From positions 38,626,001 through 38,690,000 of the forward strand of contig OX597834.1 in assembly GCA_951406725.2 (NCBI GenBank): a stretch of 64,000 bases of DNA, given 5' to 3'. This DNA is from Octopus vulgaris. Taxonomy: Eukaryota. Position 1 is the first letter of the stretch. Each line of letters starts with the position of its first letter. The notes under the pieces were generated by a model. The model ran no database searches, was not told the DNA's origin, and was given only the letters and a program-made list of their open reading frames with translations. Positions 29,499 through 44,034 of this stretch are shown here, piece by piece. The translations under genes and the position numbers were made by a program.

Positions 29499-29532
<34 letters not shown>

Positions 29533-30103
29533 CACTCATGCATATATACAAACATATATATATATATATACATATACATACATATATACACCCCATACAT
29601 GCGCACGCTCTGTGTGTGTGTGTGCGTATGCAAATATATAATATGAAATATAAACATACTTGAACGAAATGACACGTGGAAATACAGATATCAGAATAAA
29701 TAAATACATAAATGTTCCATTGTGTTGTTCCTCTCGATATGAATCATGATTCTTGGAGCTGTAAGCAAATGAAATCATGCAGCCGTACCTCGGTGTCTTC
29801 GACGAGCAATAGAAAGGCTAGTTAGATAAAATCACTGATTTTTTACACGCTGCTATACCACAAAGTGGCACCAGGGTATATAATCTATCGAAATGTTAAA
29901 TGTTTTTTTTTAGAAATACAAAACAAAAACAGCATATCTACATGTAAAAGTTTGTGGTAAAGAAATTGAGAGGTTATAAAGAGGCATGTATAGCAAAGAT
30001 AGGCAAACATGATTCCAAATATAACGAGAATATTTCTTCGTGTAAAGCTTTAGTAAAGTTTGCTATTAAAAAGTGAATAAATACAATTTCTACGTCTCAA
30101 ATA

Positions 30104-30650
30104 TAATCAATATCTATGAAGCTGAAATGCGAAAAGTTTGTTTGTTTCATTTTGGGATTGGTACGGGTTAAGGGGCACTAGATGGGATCGGATTGGCTCC
30201 AAAATTTACAGAGACATGTAAAAAGAGGTAAGGAAGTGAGTGGACTAGGTTAGAAACCCCTATCCCAAAAGCTGTGGTTACTAGGGCAACAAAACCCACA
30301 CTTTGACAAATGTTTGTCGTTTCTCGCTTTCGGATATCACCCTCTCTTCCTCGATCTCTCTCTTTCCTCCCTTCCCTCCATATTCTCTCTATAACGACGT
30401 TTGACAGCTTCGCCGTCTTTCTGTCACTATTTCCCCCACCACCAATCTCACTGTACGTCTGTCTGTATCTGTAGAGAGAAAGCGTTGACAGTCACAAAAG
30501 TTTAAATATCCCGCTAATCTTAATATATTATCGTCATCAACCCCAAGACATTAGTGACGGTAATCAATATCTATAAAGCTGAAATGCGAAAAAGTTGTTT
30601 GATTTCTTGGTTATTTGTTTCATTTTAGGATGGGAACGGTTTAAGGGGCA
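30104..30650 (+). repeat. Direct repeat pair (~75-90 bp) bounding a possible Helitron-like remnant
   Basis: taatcaatatctat(g/a)aagctgaaatgcgaaaa...ttaaggggca at ~30104 and ~30562. Confidence 0.55.
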
Positions 30651-31752
30651 GTTTCTCATTTTTACGTATTTTTGCCATTTATTTTTTATTGTTTACTGGT
30701 TTCATTTTTTCTGAAAGAAATTTACAGCTGCGTGTAGCCCGTGTTTAGAGCTTTCATTTACATGGTCAATCGTCGAAAAATTCCCAAAATTAGTACTAAA
30801 TTTAACAAAGAAATCCTTTTTCTCCTTATTTTTAATCGATTGAATAGTGGCACGTACAAAAGGCCAGTGTGCTTTCCGTTGTCACTGCCTGATATTTATG
30901 ATTGATCTTTCAAGATATTTTGTTTCTGATCTTACTCAAGATCTTTTGTTTTTTTATAAATGGGAAAGAGATAGATAGGGAGTAAGAGAAAGCGAGGTAG
31001 AGTCCGAGAGAAAAGAAGAGTAAGAGAGTGGGAAAGTGAGAGAGAAATGAGAGAGAAATAAAGAGGGAGAACGTGGCGATAAGAAACAGAAAGTAACAAC
31101 CACACACTAACCCGCGCGTAGAGCAGGTCACCTTAACCAAAGAGACTGATAGAATAAGTACAAGGCGTTTTAAAAAAATAAATACTGGGATCGACTCATT
31201 TGGCGAAAATTTCTTCAAGACAATGCCCCAGCTTGGCCGCAGTCCAATGACTGAAACAGATAAAGCATATAGGCGTTTTTTAAAAACTAAATTAACATAT
31301 CATTAAAAATTACTTTTAAGTGGGCAGTTATAAATCGCAGTTCTTTAAATGAATTTATATGCTTCCATTTCCGAAATTCTCAGTTTCTCTTTTTTTTTTA
31401 TCTTTCTAGGTTAAAAACCATTAGCCTGGTACAAACTACCTGATTTAAAAGGAAATTTATCGTATACGCCGAGTCCTTCGCTCCCAAGCTCACATGAACG
31501 GTATTCGCTTTATTTTACATTTTTATTTTAAGAACAAGATTTTTTTTCAATAAAATCTTTATGAATGTGTTTGAAGACGGTGGTGATTTTAGCAGTGTTA
31601 ATGGCATCGTCAAAGATAGATTTGGTGATAAATGGTTAATAATGGAATATATCAGTCGGAAAAAAGTTAGTATTTGCTTCTATTCTGGATAAAATTAAAT
31701 CAATCAATTACGAAGATTATATAGTTTCGTAAGAGTGGAGATAATAACAGAA

Positions 31753-31970
31753 GGCGAGGCGCTGGCAGAATTGTTAGCAAACTGGGAGCAATGCTTAGCG
31801 GCATTTCGACCGTCTTTACGTTTTGAGTCCAAATTCCGCCGAGGTTGACTTTGCCTTTCATCCTTTCGGCGTTGATAAAATAAGTATCAGTTGGACAGTA
31901 TAGTCGAGGTGATCGATTTGTCCTCTTCGCCGAAATTGCTCACCTTGTGCCGAAATTTGAAACTAATATT
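31753..31970 (+). mobile_element. SINE family A
   Basis: gctggcagaattgttagc...aaattccgccgaggttgactttgcctttcatcc. Confidence 0.8.
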
Positions 31971-33212
31971 GGCCTAATTGTAGAACTAATTGTAGATTTG
32001 CTACTTCAAAGGGTTGTTTTATAAAGATGTATGAATTATATCTGTGTTCCTGGTGAGTTGGTTGCAATACATTTTACAGATGAGCTGACTGTATTTTAAA
32101 TAGATAAGTAGATTTTACCTTGTTTTGTATTTTGAGATCGACATTGAAATAAAAATGTGGTGAGATTGTTTGTCCAATTGATAAACGGTTTTCGACTAAA
32201 CGGATTTCATAAAAATATAATCGCTACTCTTTATCTTGTTCATGTCTCTACAGACGTCTTTTTACAAAGTATTTTCGCTGTTTTTTCTTAAGGGATTAGC
32301 CATTTTAAAAAGGTGGGAGAATAATGTTGGGAAGGGTCACTTAATAGTTTTTAGCCCATGAGTATTTCAAACAAAAATAACTTCCATCTGATCCGTTTAA
32401 TAACATTTACTGCTTTCTTTACATTTCTGATGAGATTTTCGTTGCGGAATTGGGATATTCTTTGGCAGGGAAGGTATATATGAATGGATTATATCTTGTT
32501 TGGTTTCAGTGTATATCAAAAGAGATCAACTATTCAAAGGAGCTTGTATATCAATGCTAGCGTTGTTAATGAGTGAATGGTAACAACCGCATTCTCATGA
32601 AAGAAATCAACTCATAATTGCTTTATGAAAAGACGTTGATTGCGACTTCATATTTCACCAGTCTTGAGGCTTGTACAAACAACGAATTAAGAGGCAGAAT
32701 TTGTTGGCGATTTCATGGATGATACGTGGGTGGGATGAGGATATTGTTAATAAGGCACGGTGGTAGTTAGACAATTGAGTGTTTTTATATGGTAGAAGTA
32801 TTTGAAATGTAGTCTTTGAAATGGATGGATTAGAAGTGAATGTATGAAGAGATGCTACATAAAAAAGATTACACACATAATCACGCGCACACAACAAATA
32901 TACACATGCATATATATGAGTATATATAAATTTCTAGTGTAGTATTCATAGAATCGTGTGGCTATTACAGAAAGCTCCTCTAGCAGACTCGGCTAGCAAA
33001 CCACATAATAATCCAAAACGGAGGAATGAAGTGTAGAGCGCTATGCAGCTGTAAACTCGGAGATCCAATCGATGAGATTATTTCATGAGGAGTATTATAA
33101 ACCATAAAAAGTCAGAGGGTATGAGAGATGAAAATATTTATTTCACCACTTGTCATTCTTAGGATTACGGTCGGTTCGCAACCAACGTCATGTAAAAAAT
33201 AATAATTATTGT

Positions 33213-33522
<310 letters not shown>

Positions 33523-33535
33523 GTAGGTACGTAGG

Positions 33536-33603
<68 letters not shown>

Positions 33604-34072
33604 TAGATAGATAGATAGATATGCATTCAAAGGGGCAGAGAGTGCTAAAAAAAACGCTATTGTATGTAGATAAACCGAACCAAAAAAAATAGTTCACGGT
33701 GTAAATATAGTAAGAGAAATGTATCGTCAGAGAACATCGTGTTTCTGTAAACTCAGCGACATTAATAAGAAAACTTAGCAACCGAATGAATCGACAGGAA
33801 TTTAAATGAAGCTCGATCAAATCCTTCCGAGATTAAATACACTCGTGACGATCAAGTCACGATACGACAAAATTCCGTGAAATTCCGTCGCAATTCAGAT
33901 CAGCCAAACTCAAGGACGTTATCTTAAACACACATGCGCGCGCACACACACACACACACGCACGCACACTACACATACGCGCGCGCTCGCCCGCGAGTGC
34001 AGTTATTTGTATATATCTGTACTTCTGCATATATATATATGTGTGTGTGTGTGTATCGTATCTATCTATCTA

Positions 34073-34124
<52 letters not shown>

Positions 34125-34258
34125 AGTCTGACCCTCATCCTCTCTCTTTCTCCTCTCTCTCTCTCTCTGTATATATATATATATATATATATGTATACAC
34201 ACACACACACACGCGCTCGCCCGCGAGTGCAGTTATTTGTATATATCTGTACTTCTGC

Positions 34259-34302
<44 letters not shown>

Positions 34303-34324
34303 ATCGTATCTATCTATCTATCTA

Positions 34325-34380
<56 letters not shown>

Positions 34381-34778
34381 TATACTATACATTCAAACAT
34401 ATAAAGGATGGCTATAATAGGACATCCGACTCACTAGAAAGAGCAGCCAAACTCCAAACCACTAATAGTTGTAATTCTGAAAGGAAAGAGAAATAAAAAC
34501 GTTTACCCTTTCCTTTCTGGACTATGCATAGTTTCGGCAATCTTTTGTAAATAAATTAAATTAAATTAAATTTATTTACCACTGGCGTTTTACAACTATT
34601 AGTGGTTTGGAGTTTAGCTGCTCTTTCTAGTGAGTTGGATGTTCTATTATAGCCATCACTTATATGTTTGAATGTATATTATATAGTCTTTTGACTATTT
34701 TTTTCTTTTTCACTTGACCGCTGGTAGCGGAGAATTTTTCTAGAATTTTTTGCTACCCTAAAATTTATTAATTAATAT
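34381..34778. mobile_element. Fold-back (TA)n insert with ~93-bp inverted arms and a hammerhead 3' half
   Basis: Arms 34381-34473 and ~34590-34684; minus-strand GAAA-CTATGCATAG-TC at 34535-34520. Confidence 0.75.
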
Positions 34779-34926
34779 ACACATATATATATGTGTGTGT
34801 GCATGTGAGTCCGACCCTCATTCTCTCTCTTTCTCCTCTCTCTCCCTCTCTCTCAGTATATATATATATGTATACACACACACACACACACACTAATAAA
34901 CACATATGTAGATATGAGTGTGTGAA

Positions 34927-34971
<45 letters not shown>

Positions 34972-34974
34972 CAG

Positions 34975-35432
34975 TTCATATCATGTTCAATGATGACTTA
35001 CGTTCGAAAGGTACCCAAGACTTGTTCGTCGAAAATGTGCTTTGTTTCAACAAGACAATGCAAAGCCACATACCGTCAGAAAGAACAACAACGAGATTGA
35101 AGAATTGGACGGTATGGAAGTTCTGCGACATCCAGCCTATAGTCCAGACGTTGCTCCATCTGAATACCGTCTCTTCCGACCAATGCAGCACTTTATGAAA
35201 GGTCGCCGATTTGAGTCATTCGATGAGGTTGAAGAAACCTGTCAAGAATTTTTCGATTCAAAGCCGAAGGATTGGTACTTTGACCAAACCCAAAGGCTTG
35301 CAGATCGTTGGCAGAAGATCATGGAAAATGATGGTCTTTATTTTGGAGAATAATTGTTGTTGGTTTTGAATAAATTCTTGCATAAAAAATCATTATTTTA
35401 ACACGGCCCACGAACTTTTCCTCCAATTAGTA
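34975..35432 (+). mobile_element. Mariner transposase C-terminal fragment with right TIR
   Basis: QQDNAKPH...HPAYSPDVAPSEYRLF...RWQKIMENDGLYF*. Confidence 0.9.
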
Positions 35433-36285
35433 TTAGATCTACTATTTGAAGTAATAAGCGCCCACAAAACTGTTACGCTTACACGCAGCAGACGCCCTTG
35501 TGTACTTCTGCCAGCCACTATTATCAGTCCTCTAACCACTCATTTGCTCATTCACAAACACCCTACATATATATTTCCAGTCTGTCTGTATCTGTCGGTC
35601 ACTGTTAGATTATACCTCACTGATGAAGTTAAATAAGCCAGAAACGTAACCGGAATTATCCCCTATACAGGTGCAAAACAGGCTCCCTTTCCACCATACA
35701 CCGCATTTAATTAACTTTTATGAATTGAAATTGATTAGTCATTTAGATAATGACCACTAATATCGTTAATTGTATTATTTTAATTAATCAGCATTTCTTG
35801 AATTATTACATCAATTATGCTGGCACTCACTTCCTTAAGTAAACAGACCACGTGATTACACTGACGGATGAGATAACAAAGACCACGTGACTATATCATG
35901 AAAGTACTATAGAAAGTGACGATGTGATTAGAGAAATTAATTAGACCACGTGATTAAAGGTTGTTGTTGTTGTTGTTTGTTAATTCACCATGGCTCGTCA
36001 GTTGAAATGCGAGCATTTTGAATTCCAGTGTAGACGGAATCTCCAGCCGTGACTATTCCGTCTTTTTACTTTTTACTTTTGTTTTTGTTTTGTTTTGCAA
36101 GTATTGTGCATCAGAGACCACACAATTCAATGAGCATTCCACCCAGTTACCATGGTAGGCTCTGATTTTAGAGAGATTTAACTGTTATTTCCAATAGCCA
36201 CACGGTTGATAGAATAGTCGGCGACTGGGAACATAGAGAGGTGATGTTTTCTGTATGTCTCTGTGCAGCCATTATATTTTAGCGT

Positions 36286-36887
36286 GCAGTAATGCCTCGC
36301 TATATCGCGGTTCACCCATCATCGCGGTTTATTATTTAAGCTTACGTCGATTTCTCTGCGGCGTTGTTTTGCATTTATAACAAAATAAATATATACAAAT
36401 TATAAAAAATGTAAAAATATATATATGCTAGAGTGGCTGTGTGGTAAGTAGCTTGCTAACCAACCACATGGTTCCGGGTTCAGTCCCACTACGTCGCATC
36501 TTGGGCAAGTGTCTTCTGGTATAGCCCCGGGCCGACCAATGCCTTGTGAGTGGATTTGGTAGACGGAAACTGAAAGAAGCCTGTCGTATATATGTATATA
36601 TATATATATGTGTGTGTGTGTCTGTGTTTGTCCCCCTAGCATTGCATGACAACCGATGCTGGTGTGTTTACGTCCCCGTCACTTAGCGGTTCGGCAAAAG
36701 AGACCGATAGAATAAGTACTGGGCTTACAAAGAATAACTCCCGGGGTCGATTTGCTCGACTAAAGGCGGTGCTCCAGCATGGCCGCAGTCAAATGTCTGA
36801 AACAAGTAAAAGAGTAAAGAGTATACAGTACAGTACTGTTTCTACTTCGCAAATTTTCACCTATCGCGTGGGATTTTGGAACGTAAC
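36286..36887 (+). mobile_element. pogo/Tigger-like MITE interrupted by a SINE B
   Basis: cagtaatgcctcgctatatcgcggttcacc left end; resumes after 36822 with ttcacctatcgcg. Confidence 0.5.
36427..36822 (+). mobile_element. SINE family B, full length with internal (TA)n(TG)n
   Basis: Head gtggctgtgtggtaag...ggttcagtccc; tail ggcggtgctccagcatggccgcagtcaaatg.ctgaaacaagtaaaagag. Confidence 0.9.
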
Positions 36888-37387
36888 AAAATTCCTGGTT
36901 TTGGGTAAAAGAAAATACACGGAAATCAGTTAATTATGATTATTATTCAACGTATTCCCCTCTCAGATGCACATGCACATTGCAGCAGTCCTTCAGTTTT
37001 TTTAAGCCTGTAAAAGAACTTGAAAGGTCGGGCCTCCATCCAGGCCTTTCGCAATACCTTTAAAGCCTTTTGAGCCCCACACCACCTTGTGCGTGTGTGT
37101 GTGTGTGTGTGTTTGTGTGTGCATCTACGCATATATATTGCAAATATATGTATGTATGTACGTATGTATTGCACTCACACACACACACGGGAATATTGAA
37201 AAGTTCCTGGCTTTGGGTTAAAGAAAATATAGGAGGATCAGTTAATTATGATTTTATCCGGCATACACCCTCTCAGATTCGCACACTTATTGCAGCGGTC
37301 CTTCAGTTTTCTAAGCCCTGTAAAAGTGCTCGGAAGGTTGAACCTCCAACCAGGCCCTTCGCCACAACCTTATGTACCCCCGTCGTA
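36888..37387 (-). mobile_element. Two short mariner-derived 3'-end copies (36888-37065, 37186-37387)
   Basis: Mutually homologous (aaa.ttcctgg.tttggg..aaagaaaata, gtccttcagtttt); the minus strand ends like a transposase C-terminus. Confidence 0.6.
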
Positions 37388-38005
37388 TACATAACCAAGT
37401 ATTTTCTCAGTTTTGGGCTCTACCATATCTATTCTCTGCAACCGGCACAAGAGTGACAATTTTGATTACAATAACAACAACAATAACAACAACAGTAACG
37501 ACGACGAAAATGACGACAGTAATGTAGGGACAATACGATGGAGACTGCGTGAAGCCGAGCAAAGTGATACAAAATGAACAAGTGTAAGACATGTTGAATG
37601 ATTTTAGGAATTTCTTTCACTTTTGACTTATTCCGTGGCATATATCCGTGCGAGCGCGTGTCTCCACGTATGTATGTATATGTATATCTATATAAACACA
37701 CATATATATGCATATGTATATACATACATATATATAATGCATACATATACATATTCATATACGCCAATACTTGTATGTGTGTACGGGTATATATATATAT
37801 ACACACACACACTCACACACACATATATATACATACATATTTTTATACACGCATATATATACATATATATTTTTATACACACATGCACTCACACATATAC
37901 ATATATATGCATTATACATACTCACAAATACGTACACGCAGACATACGCACACATACACACACATATACATGCACACATACACACACACAAACACACACA
38001 TACAT

Positions 38006-38037
<32 letters not shown>

Positions 38038-39149
38038 CACACACGCTCACACACATACATACACTACGTACATACCTATACACAGGGGAGGTTTGTCGTG
38101 GTATTTCTATTTTCTATTTAAGGATTCGTTCTAAGAGTTTAAATCGTGTGTTTGTGTGTGTGTGCGTGTGTGTGTGTGCGTGTACGTGTGTGTGCCTGTT
38201 TTTATTTCTGTGTCTACGTCTACGTATGTGTGTGTGTACGTGTGTGTGTGTGTCTGTCTCGTTACGTTGCATGTGTGTGTAGAACTATCTACGTTATCGT
38301 CGTGTCTTGATAATGTCTTCTAATTGCCTTTATTTTATCGGTTTTGTTCGTGAAGCTAACTTCTTTCTCTCATATATATCCTTCCGTTTCCACAGTGGGG
38401 TTTCTCACTCAATTTGCTCTCACTATGAAATGTTCACGGCACGAATCGCGTGCAAAATATTTTGCCGAAATATTTTGCACTCTACGAATTCCATGTTTTC
38501 TAACTATAGTCTATCACATAAGCTCCTTTTTCGCTTTCGTTCTTCTTTTCTTTTCTCTTTTTGTTTTTGTGCTTTTGTATTTCATTCATTATTTATTTAC
38601 TGTTGTTTATGTATGTATATATATTTATTTATTTACTTATCTTTCATTCTTCTTCGTCGTATGTGTGTTACGGAAGTGGCGCGAGTTTTGTTCTGTCATT
38701 CAAAAATTATCAGCTGAATGAAGGAACAAACAAATTGAATGCAAATAGCAACAAGAACGTCAACTACAACAACAACAACAGTGTGTGTATGTATGCGTGC
38801 ATGCATGTATATACAACGTGATTGAATGTATGTATATACCAGTATATTCATATATATATATATATATACACACACATATACAATCAAAATAAACAACAGG
38901 ATATCAAGTAGCAATGCAGTACGAAAGTTTCAAGCGACTCCATGTAATTGAACAATGCAATCATTATATCAATTTAAATGCAATGCCATCTTCAGCTGCA
39001 CAAATGAATGAATGGAATTTTAACAAATAGGACAGATTAACATCATTTTTTCTAAATATTTTAACAGTGCAAGAAGATAGAAGAAATTCATGTTCTTATT
39101 ATTGTAGCTAAGAGTAGACTCCAGCTTCTAAGAATCGCATGAAGCATAG

Positions 39150-39280
<131 letters not shown>

Positions 39281-40249
39281 ACATGCTGGAGCACCGCCTT
39301 TAGTCAAACAAATTGACCTCAGGACTTATTCTTTGTAAGCTTGTACTTATTCTATCGGTCTATATACATATGTATATATGCATACATACATTAACAAAAT
39401 AAACTTTTACAAAGAAAAAGAAAGTTTGTGAAAAATCCTTTAAAAACGTAAAATCGTTTAGAGTAACTTTATTATCATCGTTATTATTATTATTATGGAA
39501 AATTTCCCCTGGATATCTGCTGTATTTACACGTTATCTACTGGGCGCCACCCAGTCCCCTGGGGCAGATAACGGAGATTATGTTCTTAATACATCGGATG
39601 ACTACAGAATGTCGAAGAACGCCAGGATTCGATAATTTTCCTTTTCAAAACAACCACGTGTACACGAATGCCCAATGAAAATACCACAAAATTGTAAATG
39701 TAACTTAATACAGTATTAGTGTTATTTTCTGTATTTATTTTGGGCATGGTTGTTTTTTTGGCTCCTGGTATCGTATCTGTGAATTTTTCTGTTTGTCTTT
39801 ATCATCCTGTATGCGCCTAAAACTGGTCCTCTGTCGGTTACGACGACGAGTGTTCCAGTTGATCCGATTAACGGAACAGCCTTCTCGTGAAATTAACCTG
39901 CAAGTGACTAAGCTCTCCACAGACACGTGTACTCTTAACGTAGTTCTCAGGGAGATTCAGTGTGTCCCTCTGATTACAGATACTGCAGGGGTTCCTATCT
40001 TCCATATTTTGGCAATACCCATGCCTAGGTCATTCAACTTCTCTGTTTAATTGAGTTCTTTGACTGTGACATTTTCCTCCTTCGGGGCTGCCATATCAAT
40101 TAGGAGAGAAGTTTCATCTATATGGTTGTTTTTGTTTGTTTTGTTTTGTTATATCTTTGCGATTTTTAGTATTCATCTTTAATATTCCCGTTTGTGAGAG
40201 CAGTCGGGTTTATTTCAGATATTCTCATTTTAAAAATCATCTCTGGCTA

Positions 40250-40434
40250 AACACCAGGACTTACAAACACATATAACATACAGAAAATTGCACTACTAGG
40301 CACTGCACACATCCTACGCAGAACACTTTCCATACAATAACCATCAGAGCATCACAACAAATCACAGCACATACCCAAGGCACACAGAGCTGCACTCGGT
40401 AGTGAAGTGAAAGCACGCTATAAAAATAAAACTA

Positions 40435-40440
<6 letters not shown>
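40250..40440 (+). mobile_element. R4/Dong-like LINE 3' end followed by (AAT)n
   Basis: IQKIALLGTAHILRRTLSIQ* plus 3' UTR, nearly identical to the reverse complement of 47127-47305. Confidence 0.85.
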
Positions 40441-40472
<32 letters not shown>

Positions 40473-40534
40473 TGATGATGATAATGATAATAAAAATAAT
40501 AATAATAATAATAATGATCATGATAATAATAATG

Positions 40535-40599
<65 letters not shown>

Positions 40600-40615
40600 A
40601 ATAATGATGATGATG

Positions 40616-40655
<40 letters not shown>

Positions 40656-42019
40656 TGATGATGATGATGATAACTGAGTTATCTTTCTCCAGTGATTTAC
40701 TGCTGGGTGGGTGGGGGATATCTCAATGAAAGATTACAAAAACAGTGGCGGTGAGATTTACAACGTGAATGGAGAACAAAAAATAAATATATGACATTAT
40801 CCGTTTGCAGGGGACAACCAGCTTGATCAATCACCACCGCGAAATATAAGCGAATTTCCTGTCTTTCGTTTCCAGTGAAACTGTCCATAACATCTACAAT
40901 GAAAGTCCTTGAAATGGCTTTGCTTAGTTTTTCTTTATTGATACCTTAAATATCTCCCGTAACATTGTCATTCATTCTGCTACTAATCCTCTACAGAAAG
41001 CCATGATTGATGCTTCATTGTTTGCATTATCTGACTTCAAGAGAGCCGTGAGTACCTGGCAACGATACAAAGGTCAGAAAGAATGATTCCCAGAACATTG
41101 TCGTTTACGCCCACCGCTAATCCTCCATAGAATTGAAGGATTGACGTTTCACCGACCGCATTATCTGCCTGGTAGAGAATTGTGAACACTGGGACGACAT
41201 TAGAAATGCCTGATGCCCTTTCTTTGATCTACACTTGAGCCATGGTAGGATCTCTCTCGAAAGTCCCTGACAAAAGTTAACTACACCTATTCACTGACAA
41301 AGTTGTTGCAGCCTAAATGTACCCTGAACATCATCAGCCACGGATCTCGAGCCCTTAGCATAGAGTGTGTTGGTATGAGAAGGATCTTTCTGAGCTGTGG
41401 AAATGGAACATGTTTTTTTAAGCAAGAAGCGAAAGACGGGTTGCATAAACCGATAAGATGAGACTGAAAGTAAGACATGTTGGTCAGCGGGTAATATATC
41501 ACGAAGGCGACATAGTTGTGCGCCACCAATAAATGACATATCGAATACAGCTTCTTCTTAGCTCGTTTGTATGTAAGACTGGCTAACCTACTCGTAATCC
41601 TCTAGCTCTTACAACCCTGGAGGCCTTCAACATCGAAGACAATGCATTCACCTTCTTGTGACCGAGACTCGGTCTATGGATCCTATCTAACTTAACTCTG
41701 CAGATCACGGACCAGTAATTTATTTCTCGAATGGTCCGCCAGAGTGAAAGTCAGATATCCTAACACACACACACACAAACACACTCCTCCCTCTCTCTAT
41801 CTCTCATTCTCTCTATCTTTTTCCTCTCTCCTCTTCCTCCCCCCCTCTCTCTCTCTCTATCTTTTCAAAACGGCAAGATATAATTTGAAGGTGATTTGGC
41901 AGCTATTTCTAGTAAACGGGTCGACCACATTGGGGTTCCTCGAGGATAGAATACAATATTTCTCTTCTTACTGACAATGCGCAAGAATAAACAATAGCCA
42001 AATACAAACGCATACCCCT

Positions 42020-42059
<40 letters not shown>

Positions 42060-42344
42060 ACACACGAACACACACACATACACACACACACACACACACG
42101 AACACATATAAACACAAACATAGATGGTGATTATGTAACACACACATACGCATATATTCTATAGACTATAAGCTCTGGTATAAAACGCACCGGAAGTGGC
42201 CTGGGCATATCACTGATGACGTCACAGAGGGCGATGAGTAGAATAACAAACCAAATATTTGACTGATCGAATGATTCATTGAGCAATTGATGAATAATTA
42301 ATTAATTTGTTAACTAGTTGACTAATTATTGTTTTCAATTTAGA

Positions 42345-42630
42345 GGTGAAGCGGTTAGGGTGTTGCAGTCACGATCGCTATATCGTGGGTTCGATTCGCG
42401 GACTGGACTTTGTGTTGTGTTCTTGTGCAAAACACTTCATTTCCCGTTGCCTCAGTCCACTCAGCTGTAAATAGGTCACCCTATTTACGTACTAGCTTTT
42501 TGATCGGGTTGGAGAGTGTTGGCTTCCCCGCCTAACCAGTGGGGTGGCACCATTCGGAAGCTAAAACGATGCAAAGCATATTGTGACGAGCGATGTGTAA
42601 CAAAACCGGATAATCTGGTTGATCACGTCA
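42345..42630 (+). mobile_element. tRNA-derived SINE, D-type head/core with C-type tail
   Basis: gggttcgattc...tgtgttgtgttcttgtgcaaaacac; tail gctaaaacgatgc...ttgtgacgagcgatgtgtaaca resembles the reverse complement of 45700-45790. Confidence 0.6.
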
Positions 42631-43158
42631 CGTAATTTTGAGGGGGAGGGCGTTAGTTGATATCAAACATCCCAGTATTAAGCCGGAATGTTGAAAGCAA
42701 AAGCTGACATTGGCAGGATTTGAACTCAGATTGTAAAGAACAGGAAGAAGCAACGAAAGGCATTTTCCCGACGCCCAAGCGATTCTGCTACCTCACCGAA
42801 GCCACTAGTTGACGAGTAATAAATCCATTCTACGTCAGGCTCAGGAGCTGAAATTTGGGGAGAGGGAGATAAGTGGATTGTATCGACCCCACCTCCTTCC
42901 CTAGTTTTCAACTGGTACTTATTTTTCAAACCCTGAAAGGAATGAAAGGCAAAGGTCTTAGCTTAGACTTTTTTTGGAGGGGGGCAACCAGATCACTGCC
43001 CGAAACTGTAAAGACATCTGGTAACTTGACTGACGAAAGAAGGCCACGAATGACCCGTCTTTTTTTCCTGCCCTCTAATTGTTGCTTTTCCTGTCCGTCT
43101 TTGTATCATCTATCTGTCCGGGTGTTTTATTGTCGCCTATTGCGTATTTGTTCCATTT

Positions 43159-43265
<107 letters not shown>

Positions 43266-43496
43266 TTTAATCTATAATCGTTAGTACCAGAAAATATAGT
43301 TGTCGGACTAACGATTATGGAATAAATGCTTATGCACTCTGAGAGTTATCTTTTTGTTCTTTGTTCTGTGGCACGACATGACTTCCTAGAACTTGTCACC
43401 CTTCCTCGAACATTTGTGCGTGTGCGTGTGTATATATATATATATGTACAGCTGTTTCAACACATTATTTCGCATAAAGTAGCTTGCAAGACGATT

Positions 43497-43528
<32 letters not shown>

Positions 43529-43547
43529 GTATGTATGTATGTATCTA

Positions 43548-43578
<31 letters not shown>

Positions 43579-43688
43579 GTGAATTTATGTGTGTATGTAT
43601 ATAGATATATGTATGTATATATATGTGTGTGTATGTATATAATGTATATGTATATATATACATATGCATATATATATATACATACACA

Positions 43689-43754
<66 letters not shown>

Positions 43755-43835
43755 CATACATACACATACATATATATATATACATACATATATAAGTGTG
43801 TTACTGTCTGGGAGATATTTATGGTAGCAGAATGG

Positions 43836-43907
43836 TATTTTAACTGCTATCTAAAATCGGTGCGTGGCGAAGCAATTAGCTGACCCCTGATTATAATTAT
43901 GCTTACA

Positions 43908-43957
<50 letters not shown>

Positions 43958-44034
43958 TGTAATTATAAGCATAATTATAATCAGGGGTCAGCTAATTGCT
44001 TCGCCACGCACCGATTTTAGATAGCAGTTAAAAT
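43836..44034. repeat. ~75-bp inverted repeat whose loop is a (TA)n tract
   Basis: tattttaactgctatctaaaatcggtgcgtggcgaagc...cagaa (TA)n ttctg...gcttcgccacgcaccgattttagatagcagttaaaata. Confidence 0.9.

Noticed and set aside
31380-31505. Candidate exon after a strong polypyrimidine-AG
   Set aside because: Stops in all three frames and a weak donor.
32427-32460. CTGATGA followed by a hairpin (also 42212-42240 + and 41325-41338 -)
   Set aside because: No GAAA or stem III/NUH after the hairpin.
35620-35650. CTGATGA...GAAACGTA hammerhead-like string
   Set aside because: Neither stem I nor stem II pairs.
41180-41700. Possible LINE coding remnant (also GC-rich 59200-59510 and 15200-15420)
   Set aside because: No motif I can identify with confidence; needs a translated homology search.
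43025-43062. HDV-like ribozyme suggested by CGAATG
   Set aside because: Could not build the P1/P1.1/P2/P3 nested pseudoknot.
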